DNA of 64,000 bases, taken from Minutocellus sp. GHC0000111 (lineage: Eukaryota). The notes beneath the pieces are model-generated. The model was given only the letters and a program-made list of their open reading frames with translations, did not search any database and was not told where the DNA came from. Shown here piece after piece: positions 54,779-64,000 of the stretch; within the stretch, counting starts at the first letter, position 1; each line of letters begins with the position of its first letter. The stretch lies in the NCBI GenBank assembly GCA_977018835.1, contig OZ361259.1, positions 3,844,001 through 3,908,000 of the forward strand, read 5' to 3'. The translations under genes and the position numbers were made by a program.

Positions 54779-55396
54779 GCAGCCATGCGCCGCACAATGA
54801 CATTGAAGGACTACAGACGCCTCGAATACATACATAAAAGAATTCCACTCCACAGCTGCACACTTATCTGTCGCCATTAAAAAGGCATCATATCATAGAT
54901 TTCACTTTTGTATTTTCTTAGACCTGGACAATCAGATAACTGATTATCTACAAGAACGTTGTTTTTTATTTACCAAATCTGAATCTAAGTACCGGTAGTA
55001 TCCTCCTTTGCCTACACGTACCGAGGCGCAAAAGCGCAAAACACACCAGCACAAACCAGTACACGTAGATCTACCGCATCTGAGTCGGTTCTGTTGGGCT
55101 GGAAACCGGTACCGATCGATATCGGTGCCGTTGCCGGCAGACGTCTACCGGCACTAGAGTAGACTAGCTAGCTAGGCCTACGTAGCTGCTCCCTCGAAAG
55201 CATGTGCATACACAATAAGAAGGAATAATCTAGCTAGGAGATCTAGATGCTTTTACAAATTACACATGCTCCGCGTTCAAGACGGAACTTTGAAGAACCA
55301 GCAGTCAGTCTGGATAAGAAAAGCTATCACTGCGGTGCGCCACATGAGAATTCCATGAAATATACTACACGTACTGTTGTCCTATGTGCAGACGAA

Positions 55397-56695
55397 TCAA
55401 ACCCCGATCTCTTCGTCGGGAGGAGCCACGGCGGCGGCGAGCTTGGCAGCCTCCTCCATCGACTCGTCTTCGACCTCGTCTCCGTCGGACGCGACGGCGG
55501 CCGTGATGATGGGGTTGTGCACGGCCTCGGTGGATAGCTTCATGGCCTCTGCGGCCGCCGCGGCGGCGGTGGAGGCGGCTGCGGCGATGATGTCGGCGTG
55601 GGTCTGGGCGACGGAGGCGGCAGCCTCGGCGGCATCCCCTCCGGCCGCAGCAGCGGCGGCGGCTGATTCCTCCCTGGCCTTCTGAACATACGACTCGGCA
55701 GCCTTGACGGCGGCCTCGACGACAGCCTTGTGGACGTAGTCCTCGGCAGCGCTGGCGGCAGCGACGGCGGCGAGAGAGGCGTGGTCGCCGCCAGCCTCCT
55801 CCTCCTCCTCTTCTTCGTCCTCCTCTCCCATGGGATCCTTGAAGTGGTGGTCGACATCGTCGTCGTCGTGGTGATGGTGGTGATGCTCCAGGACGGCGGG
55901 GGTGGGGAGGGACGGTGGTACTTCGGGATTGCCCAGGTGATAGTGCGACGCCAGGGCCAGAGCCGTCGCCGTGGGATTCTTGGCCGTCACCTTGGTCGTG
56001 GCAGCGATCTCGGCCTCGTGGACGGCCTCGGGCTCGTCGCCCTTGAGCTGGTCGACCATCCGCTTGTTCTCCCTGCGGTAGCGCATCCGGCGCCAGATGT
56101 TCTTCTTGAGGAGCCAATCGTGCCCGTCCTTGCCCTTGATGTACTTTTGGTTGTACGTGAACTCCTCCCCGTCGTGCAGCTCCTCCCACGACTTGTACGA
56201 GCGGGTGGCCATGACGGCGTTCTCGTCCATCTCCTCGCGTACCTCGGCGTCGGATTCGGCCAGGCCGGACGGGCGCATCCGCTTCCCGCCGGGCTCGAGG
56301 TAGTCGTCCTCGTCGCTGTCGGCGTCGGCCGCCGAAACCTTGCGGGCCCGCCCGCGCTTGGCACCGCCGGACGCGGCCGAGGTTCCCCTGCCGGACGCGG
56401 CCCCGCCCTTCTTTCGGCCCCGTGCCCCGCCGGCCTTGGACCCCCCCGCGGGATTCCGCCCGGCCGTCCGAGCCTTCTTGAGCAGCTCGTGGTCGCGCAG
56501 GTTGTTCCTTCGGGCGATCATGATGCGGCGCATGAGGCGCTCCTCGTCGTCCTTCTTGCCCTTGATGAAGTCGCGGCAGGCGTAGCGGAGCTTCTCCCCC
56601 TCGTGCAGGGCCTGCCACTTGAGGAAGGTCGGTGCCTGCCGGACGACCTCCTCGTTGAAGTCGGGAGGCCGGGGGCCCATCTTTGGTCCGGGCAT
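55397..56695 (-). CDS. Probable nuclear protein with two related basic helical domains, AT-hook-like motifs and an acidic Ala-rich tail
   Basis: Repeats [24 protein letters not shown] and [23 protein letters not shown]; motifs RGRKK and KRGRARK; strong GC3 bias. Confidence 0.8.
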   Translation of the reverse strand: MPGPKMGPRPPDFNEEVVRQAPTFLKWQALHEGEKLRYACRDFIKGKKDDEERLMRRIMIARRNNLRDHELLKKARTAGRNPAGGSKAGGARGRKKGGAASGRGTSAASGGAKRGRARKVSAADADSDEDDYLEPGGKRMRPSGLAESDAEVREEMDENAVMATRSYKSWEELHDGEEFTYNQKYIKGKDGHDWLLKKNIWRRMRYRRENKRMVDQLKGDEPEAVHEAEIAATTKVTAKNPTATALALASHYHLGNPEVPPSLPTPAVLEHHHHHHDDDDVDHHFKDPMGEEDEEEEEEEAGGDHASLAAVAAASAAEDYVHKAVVEAAVKAAESYVQKAREESAAAAAAAGGDAAEAAASVAQTHADIIAAAASTAAAAAAEAMKLSTEAVHNPIITAAVASDGDEVEDESMEEAAKLAAAVAPPDEEIGV

Positions 56696-57751
56696 CTTGC
56701 TTGCTTGCTTGCTTTTCTTGGGAGTTAGTTGTTCTGTGCCAAAAACTTTCACGTGCTGCAGTGCGTTTACGTGACGGTTTTTTCAATAAAAGCGCGATTC
56801 AAACCCAGACAATCGACTACGGAACGATGCAACACAGGAAATAGATAGGCAAAGGGTTGGATATACATGGATATCAATCAGCAATGACATGATCCGACAC
56901 AATCTATGGCAACGCATGCTTTGCTTTCCCGCTGGAGGTGAACCGTCTGTTGGCGTTCGTAAAAAAAACGAACTTTTTTGGGAACATCCCCAGCCGATCG
57001 TTTTGGATACCGCCGAGAATTGCGTCGATTGTCACCGACGACGCCGGCGCAAACGACGGACCACCATGGTTGACAATGAGAATCCAAACACAATCATGGG
57101 CTCATAACTCACCTGCCTACGAATGGGTAATGGGCTTCGGTGGTGGCGAGGAAATTACGGAGAAAATGCATTTTGTAATAATTCGATTGCTAACAAGCTT
57201 AACGACTCACTCGATTGATTCGATTCGATTCATTACTAGTAGGCACGAATTCCAGTCTTTTCGGGATTGAAAGCGCGCCAAACTTCGCAGAGAACGAACG
57301 GTCTTGTCGAGTGGGTGCGCCATGTTCGAACGTTCTTGTCGTCGCTCGTGCCAATCAGTCGTCAAGCAGGCAGAAGAGGCAGAGCCTGAGGGCACCAGTG
57401 CGAAGCAAGTGGAATTATTCGCCACCTATTCCTCATCGTATCCGTGGTTTGTGGAAAAGCTGTCGGCATCACTCTTTCGATCGGCTGCTGTTTCATTCTT
57501 TGGTCATCTCTCTCTACTTTCAGACTTGAGACTTGAGAGTTCGCTGTGGCAGGCTACTTTGCAGGAAAATCTCAAAGAGAGAACTTGGGAAATAGTAGGC
57601 AGAGCATCTACCGCTTCCAGTTTGAATCAATTGGTCCCATGTTCTGGTTCCGGCATTAAACAGTTTGCATTCTTCTCCATTCTGGCATTCTGGTATCGAA
57701 CGACAGTGATCACTTATTTTCTCTTGTGAGAATCGAAAAGAAGCAATTGCC

Positions 57752-59384
57752 ATGAGCACCCCCTTGGTAGATACCAGCGCTGTTGGTGCCGGCCATGAGC
57801 ACACTGCACAATATTCGCGGCAACAGCAAGAGGAAAACAAATTCAGTGAGCACAAAGCATCTCCAACGCACAAGCGTGACAATTCTTTGAATACCTGCTC
57901 GCTCTCGTCGGGTGCTGATGATGTTGGTTCCTGCACGGACCAGGAGGATCAGCAACCTCCAAGTGTATGTTGTGAGGCTGTGAACAACGACTTTGAATCT
58001 GAAGAACCACAAACACCTCAGGGTGTTGAGCGTATCCTATCGGTAGACATGTTTTCTCGCTTTGCGACGGCATACTCGTATCCAATTGAGGGCGAATACG
58101 ATGACCAATACAGCAGTGACGATGAAGAAGACGTCGAGACGTATCAGAGGAGACGACATTGACATAAAGACACCAACCTCTTCCGACAACGATAACGAAT
58201 CGGAAAAGAGTCAGAACCGCCATCGCAGCCGCTACAACAACAATGCATGGTCACAGCAGTCGGGTTTTTCATTGGACGGGGAGAAATTCATAGAGAATGA
58301 AGATGCCGATGCTGAAAACGACGTGGGCGATGCAAATACCACCACCCTGCCATACCATTTCCGCAAAGGTCATCGACGAGTCAACTCGTTCCCATGGAAG
58401 ATGGATGAGACAAAGGAAGTAGCGACACCACCGACGGTGGACAAAGGGCTCGTCACGCCCTCGCCGCCGAAAGTACTGAAGAAGAAGGCGCCAGCGATGG
58501 TTCGTCGCAGTCGAAGCATGTCCAATACACGTACTGATCTGAATGACCGATATTATGGTAGTGGTGAGGATGCTCTTCCATCAGGAGCGACAACGCCTCC
58601 TAGAGTCCCCAGTGTGAACAGCAGTGATGCTGATGGATGCAGATCTCACCACCGCGTTGTCTCTGCCCATTCTCCCTTGAGCGATCTCTTGGAAATCACC
58701 TCGCTCAGTGCCAGCCCCAGGCCTCCTCGACCAACATATTTGCCTGGTGGTGCCTCACCTCGGCTACGACCAAGAGTTGGCTTGCCTCCGAGACCAGTTG
58801 GGCATCCGATAACGCTTAGCCCGCAGCTGTCTTGGTCTGAGCCGGGAAGTATTGAAAGGAAAGCACCAACCTCTCAGCACAAGAGATCGCATTCTGCTCC
58901 CATGATTCCTTCACCTCGATCTACTACCAGTACCAACAGCACTGCTGCATCCCAGATTTCCGCTGGGCCAGCTATGCAGCACCATCTTCGCTCCTTCTCG
59001 TATGGAAATTTCAAGGCGTTTCACGACGCCAGCGAAACTTTGTACCTGTCACAAATTCCTCTCGATACAAGTCCGGATCCTTCCTTGCTCGGAAGTCGAC
59101 CAAGACATCATACACGGAACCATTCCCTGGATTCGCGCTCCACGGCGATGAGCACAAAGTCAAAAGAGAGTGTATTATCAGCTGCATCGGAAGTCTCACA
59201 GGCTGAATCAGATGCCGAACAAAAGTGGAATGAGTACTACGAACACAAAATGGTGAAGAGAAATGTTGTGAAAGATGAGTTCAAGTACAGGCTTTCAAAG
59301 GCAATGCCAAAGGGTTTGGCAAAAAGAATATCCCCCTCTTCCAAACCTGCTCTTAAAAGGGCGGACTCTGCTAAATTTGTTTGA
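57752..59384 (+). pseudogene. Ser/Pro-rich disordered protein with repeated HxRxxS motifs; probable frameshift at ~58148
   Basis: ORFs 57752-58162 and 58062-59384 overlap in different frames with continuous acidic composition; motifs HRRVNS, HRVVS, HKRSHS, HLRSFS, HTRNHS. Confidence 0.55.
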
Positions 59385-59501
59385 CTCAAAATGTTGGCTT
59401 TGCAAACTAATTGTAAATGAGAATTTCAAGCTATGATTACATTTTTAGATAGATGTATACTAGTAGATCTCCTGCAAGATGCGGCAATACAAAATAAACG
59501 T

Positions 59502-62480
59502 TCAAGGTGCTCCCCAATCATCACCGGGACATGGAACTCTATGTATCGTAGCCAGCTTGCCCGAAGCTATTCCCCAATCCTTAAGCTTTCTTAATCGCCA
59601 AGTGTCCAGACCGTACTTCCATTGCAACGCAACAGTTGATGTGGTCCCCGTCAAGCAATCCCCAATTTCTTGAAGCTCGCGGAAAATCATCTCCTCTTGG
59701 CTTGTTGGTGTCTCTCCTGTCTCGCCAAGGGATTTCGCTGAAGAATTATTTTTGTCAACCCTACTTTCGTTATTCCACGAAGTCAAAAATTCTTCGGTTG
59801 ACATTGTCTTGACCTTGTTCGCAGATTGATCAGATTCTTCTTTGCTAGCATCGCCGTTTTTGGCGCCATGTGCCCCCGCTTCAGCGTTTGCTTTCGTAGG
59901 CTCGACCTGGGCAAGATATTCTCGCAACTCGATGACGACTCCGTGAGCACGGAGCCAGAGACACATATCATACAATTCATCCTCAATGTCGTCTGTACTT
60001 GTGTCGCCCAAGAGATCTGATTTTTTGTCGGGTCCGCCGGCAACAGGTGGGCTCAGCATGTCGTTGCCGAGGCTTCCCCCACGAGGACGGCCGATGGCAG
60101 CAGCGCTCCTCGAGGCCTGATGAGGAGGCTGTTTTTGTTCCTTTTGTGCACCAACGGCTCGACCTGCCGCCGCCTTTGACGACGCAATACGCCTCCCTAT
60201 ACCATTCTCATCGGTACCTGAAGATGCGGATGATAATATCTCGCCTAGTGTCGATCCACTCGATGTGAGAGCTGCTACGGCAAGAAATATTGGCACAGCT
60301 CGGCCAAAGCTCTGTGAGAAGGGAAGGGCGAGAGACCTGATCCGATCGATTCCTGCTGACGAAACGGCATAGCGTGCCGATCGAGTTGCCAAGGTACATG
60401 TTCCGCTCTCCACAAGATAGCTAGCGAGTTGCAGGGTAATTGGGACCGATAGAGCCGCATCGACGGCAATGTCGGCGAGGGATTTCGTTGGATTCGCCAT
60501 CAGTAAGAGCCTCTGCAGTCGTTGGTTATGAGATGAGGCCGGAGCTGTCTGAATTCCAGTGCCATCTGAGCCACCATTCCCTCCTAAATGTAGGCGGTCA
60601 TGAGACATGGCTTTGGCAAGCTCAGCAGGAGGAGCGTGCGGGAACAGTAGGGTGTGATAGGGCCGTACAACTGCCTGAGGAATCGATACATCCAAGTCAT
60701 AGGCCGTCGGTGACCTATTGATGCCAAAGCCCCCGAAACAGTCGGCTGCATTGGAAAATCCAGAAGCAGGTTCAATCGGAACAGCAATGTGGCGGTTGAT
60801 GTAGACGATGCCATCGCGGCTGCTCAGGAGGGATGAAGGGGTCGGAAAGAACACGGAATTGCCGTCATTGCGGGATAGGGCGTGGAAAACTTGAGCAAGC
60901 TCTCTGCCGAGGTTGCCATGGATGAGCCTTTGGCCTTCCCTCTGTGCACTGTAAAGACCACCGTCGTCCGGCAGTGCACTTTCCTCGCCGCCATCGTCGC
61001 TGTATGCAAATATGAGCTCAATGATTGCCTGTCTCAACTCCTGCTGCGTGTTCTTATCTAGCAGAGCAGCCGTGCCACTGCTGCCGCCCTTTGAAACACC
61101 CGCGCTGTGATCTACGGCTATTCGGCTCGTATCGGTAGTGGCAGTGCTCACTCCGCGATCTGTCATGTTCAGCGTCATCGGCGTCGTTGGGATGCTAATG
61201 GCGGTGGCATTGCTCCCCATCCTCACGTGCCGTGGTCTTGCAACTTGCTTCGGTGGTGGCGCGGCAGCACCGGACAAGTCCCCATCCGATGGACCTCCCT
61301 TGCCGGTCGCCGTCGATCCTGGCGATGGTCCAGCATCTGGCCCGCCGCCGGTTGCAGAAGACGACGCACCGCCGCCGCCGCCGCCGCCAGCACTGGACCT
61401 ACCTTCCGGTCCCTCCTTGATTTCCGACACAATCTTTAGAAAGGCTGCCGATTGATCCGACACGTACGAGCACCGTCGCTCCTCCCGTTCCAGCACGCGG
61501 CACAATCGAGACAACGACACGTGTATCCGCCGTATGGCGAGGAAGGACGACGAGCTCAGCCCATCTCCTCCGTGGTCGGCGGTGGGAGCGTCACCGCTTC
61601 CCTTGCCCTTGCCCTTGCGGCTGCTCATCTTTGGTGACGACTGCTGCGGTGTGCCTCGTCTCGTTGCACTACTAGACACACCTCGCTCGTCACCGTCCCG
61701 GAATGTTCGGGCGTATCCTTTGACCGGCGATAGGGCCACAATGACACTGAACAGTACCAACTGGTTGGGAGAACCACCAGCGCCAGCTGCAGAGGACGAC
61801 GATGCGTCTGCATCCCCGCCGTGCGATTCCGCGGCACTGCTTGTAGCCGACGCGGTGCTCTCCCTCCGAGGTGGCGATTGGACTCCGGCGGCGCCGGCGC
61901 TGGGACTGGCACTTGCACTGCTAGAAGTCGTCCTGTCGCTGGAGTTGGTATTGCTCGCGCTGGTGGCGGTAGTGGCAGCACCAACCGTCGAGGCCGGGAG
62001 CAGGACCGCCCGGCAGCAGAACACGGTGCCGCCGACGCTCAGCGTCATGGGCTGGCCGCACAGGGCCGGCTTGGGACGGAACAGCTTGGCGACGGTCCGG
62101 TCGGGCAGGGAGAAGAAGAGGCCCGCCGCCTCCTCCTCCTCGTTGTTGTTGGTGCCACCGGCCGGATCGGCGGCGTGCGAGGCATCGTGCTCACCAGCAA
62201 AACCGACGTCGGCGCCACTCCGAGCAGTGCCGCTGCCGCCGCTGCTGCTGCCGCCCGAACCGGCATGGGTTGGAGGGGCCGCCGGATACCGAAAGACCAG
62301 GCGGGCTCCCTTGCCGACTTCCTCGGCGACCAGAGCTATTCCCAATACGCGAAAGGGCGAATCGACCGCCTTGGGAGGGTGCCAGGACGATGCCGCCGCC
62401 GACGAAGGAGCTGCTGCGCCGCCGCCCTGATCGTCCCCCACCGCTGCCGCCGCTGCTTGGGCCTTGGGTGGGCCCGTCAT
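59502..62480 (-). CDS. NPRL3: GATOR1 subunit NPRL3 / nitrogen permease regulator 3
   Basis: LGIALV...GARLVFRYP, AKLFRPKPALCGQPMTLSVG..VF, LEREERRCSYVS and VRPYHTLL. Confidence 0.75.
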   Translation of the reverse strand: MTGPPKAQAAAAAVGDDQGGGAAAPSSAAASSWHPPKAVDSPFRVLGIALVAEEVGKGARLVFRYPAAPPTHAGSGGSSSGGSGTARSGADVGFAGEHDASHAADPAGGTNNNEEEEAAGLFFSLPDRTVAKLFRPKPALCGQPMTLSVGGTVFCCRAVLLPASTVGAATTATSASNTNSSDRTTSSSASASPSAGAAGVQSPPRRESTASATSSAAESHGGDADASSSSAAGAGGSPNQLVLFSVIVALSPVKGYARTFRDGDERGVSSSATRRGTPQQSSPKMSSRKGKGKGSGDAPTADHGGDGLSSSSFLAIRRIHVSLSRLCRVLEREERRCSYVSDQSAAFLKIVSEIKEGPEGRSSAGGGGGGGASSSATGGGPDAGPSPGSTATGKGGPSDGDLSGAAAPPPKQVARPRHVRMGSNATAISIPTTPMTLNMTDRGVSTATTDTSRIAVDHSAGVSKGGSSGTAALLDKNTQQELRQAIIELIFAYSDDGGEESALPDDGGLYSAQREGQRLIHGNLGRELAQVFHALSRNDGNSVFFPTPSSLLSSRDGIVYINRHIAVPIEPASGFSNAADCFGGFGINRSPTAYDLDVSIPQAVVRPYHTLLFPHAPPAELAKAMSHDRLHLGGNGGSDGTGIQTAPASSHNQRLQRLLLMANPTKSLADIAVDAALSVPITLQLASYLVESGTCTLATRSARYAVSSAGIDRIRSLALPFSQSFGRAVPIFLAVAALTSSGSTLGEILSSASSGTDENGIGRRIASSKAAAGRAVGAQKEQKQPPHQASRSAAAIGRPRGGSLGNDMLSPPVAGGPDKKSDLLGDTSTDDIEDELYDMCLWLRAHGVVIELREYLAQVEPTKANAEAGAHGAKNGDASKEESDQSANKVKTMSTEEFLTSWNNESRVDKNNSSAKSLGETGETPTSQEEMIFRELQEIGDCLTGTTSTVALQWKYGLDTWRLRKLKDWGIASGKLATIHRVPCPGDDWGAP

Positions 62481-62736
62481 CTTGCTTTGCCCTTTGACTT
62501 GGCTGGCATGCGCTGCAGTTGGCTTCACTCGTCTCTCTTTCGCGTCAGGAAGAAACGAGCACAAGGTTCGCACCTTGACCTGTGGTGCGAACCGAGGAAA
62601 ACAGAACCCCAAAGGTTCTCCTTCCGGCGTATCTTCGAGAAGTTTTCAGGCGGGGGCGACGCAAGTCAAGGGCAAGTCCTCAAACATTCCCCATACGCAC
62701 ATCAGCAAACGCCCTCATTCCCATACCCTCCAAGCC

Positions 62737-64000
62737 ATGAAGATCGTCCCGACCGGTGGCACCATCGATTTTCACCGCTCCGAGACAGATCCGCTCCATC
62801 ACGGGCCAGATGCTGCTTCTGATCGTCACGACGACCACCACGACGACGATGATGATCAAGATCCTGCAGGAGACAGCAGTAAAGATGCAAGTGGAGGCGC
62901 AGAGCCCGCTTCTTCTTCTTCTCCTCGTACCAAGCGGAAGCAGAAGACGGCCTCCACTCTCGCCACGGCCATGTCGTCGACCGGATCGACCGGTGAGGAC
63001 GGCACCGCCATCATCCTCGAGGCCGACCACCATCACCATCACATCCTGTGGCGCCGCCGAGGAGATGGCAACGGTTGGGGCCGCGGCATCGCCAACGACG
63101 TCCGCCAAACCCTGGGGAAGAACTGGAAGAAGGACATGACCAATCTCAACTGCAAGACCTTGGCCGTGTCCTTCTTTCTCTTCTTTGCCTGCATTGCACC
63201 TGCCATCACGTTTGCCAAGGCTACCAACAACTACATTGGCGCCGTGGAGATGATCACGGCAACCGCTTGGTTCGGCATTACCTTTTCACTCATAGGGGGT
63301 CAACCCATCAGGATTAATGGCGGCACTGGTCCAGTCCTCGCCTTTGCAGCGATTCTCTACAAGCTATCGGAATCTCTGGACGTTCCCTTCCTCGTTCTGA
63401 ACGCATGGGTCGGCATCTGGGTCTGCATCTATTTGGTTGTAGCAGCCGTATCCGACCTCAACCGCTTCGTCCTGTACGCCACTCGCTTCACCGACGAGAT
63501 CTTCAGCTTCTTGATCGCGGTCATCTTTATTATCAATGCGTTGGGCTCGCCGTTCTCAACCGTCGGAATCTACCATTACTTTGACTTTTCCCACAAATCA
63601 CATGACCCTTATGAGGACGATCCCTACTATTCCCATTGGGCTTCCGCTCTCCTCTCGTTGGGCGTTTGTATTGGAACCGTTCAGCTAGCCTTCCTCCTGC
63701 GCAAGGTCAAATTCAGTCCCTATCTGCCCAATCAAGCGTTGCGGAATGCAGCCACCGACTTTGCGGTCGTTACATCTATACTCATCTGGTCCCTCATTGG
63801 GAATTTGGTCTTTAGCAGTATCCCGCTGGAGACCTTGACAGTCCCAAATGAATTCGCTCCAACTTTCCAGTGCTGTGATCAGACCTGCACAACGAACTGG
63901 CCAAACGATTGCTACGAGCAGGAAGAACCTTGGGGGACGAGGAGTTGGTTTGTAGATTTGTCAAATCTGAATGGCAAGACCTGGATCCCGGTGATGGCCG
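62737..64000 (+). CDS. SLC4-family bicarbonate/borate transporter; 3' end runs off the window
   Basis: Open frame from ATG 62737 with FLFFACIAPAITF, IGAVEM, GGQP..INGGTGP, AWVGIW and ATRFTDEIF. Confidence 0.9.
   Translation, partial: MKIVPTGGTIDFHRSETDPLHHGPDAASDRHDDHHDDDDDQDPAGDSSKDASGGAEPASSSSPRTKRKQKTASTLATAMSSTGSTGEDGTAIILEADHHHHHILWRRRGDGNGWGRGIANDVRQTLGKNWKKDMTNLNCKTLAVSFFLFFACIAPAITFAKATNNYIGAVEMITATAWFGITFSLIGGQPIRINGGTGPVLAFAAILYKLSESLDVPFLVLNAWVGIWVCIYLVVAAVSDLNRFVLYATRFTDEIFSFLIAVIFIINALGSPFSTVGIYHYFDFSHKSHDPYEDDPYYSHWASALLSLGVCIGTVQLAFLLRKVKFSPYLPNQALRNAATDFAVVTSILIWSLIGNLVFSSIPLETLTVPNEFAPTFQCCDQTCTTNWPNDCYEQEEPWGTRSWFVDLSNLNGKTWIPVMA

Noticed and set aside
55365..56786. Overlapping 473-aa minus-strand and 332-aa plus-strand ORFs
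   Set aside because: Alternative-frame products of the very high GC3 of the real gene.
61534..62822. 298-aa and 333-aa plus-strand ORFs
   Set aside because: Antisense to the GC-rich NPRL3 N-terminus.

Overview
Eukaryotic nuclear DNA, most likely a diatom or close stramenopile. The basis is dense gene packing, short GT-AG introns of about 100-130 nt, a plastid-type ASAF-like signal, a frustulin-like Cys-rich domain, an SLC4 transporter and several diatom-type protein families. The window has about 30 genes or gene remnants and no RNA genes or CRISPR array. Four things stand out. (1) A tandem pair of ~1300-aa proteins begins with a histone H3 tail mimic (MARTKQTARR) and combines an apparently iron-ligand-dead 2OG-oxygenase fold, two inserted DEK-C-like helical domains, acidic tracts, a CxCxxC motif, an ankyrin-like end and a basic NLS-like tail; this is a candidate undescribed chromatin factor. 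(2) A ~2.6-kb Transib/RAG1/Chapaev-like DNA transposon has its boundaries and target-site duplication defined by an empty paralogous site in the same window. (3) A Crypton-like tyrosine recombinase element is present. (4) Gene decay is pervasive: about a dozen genes carry frameshifts, stops, short deletions or gene-fusing deletions. A divergent two-gene cassette occurs three times, with signs of gene conversion. All family assignments come from motif recognition by eye; no database search was run.
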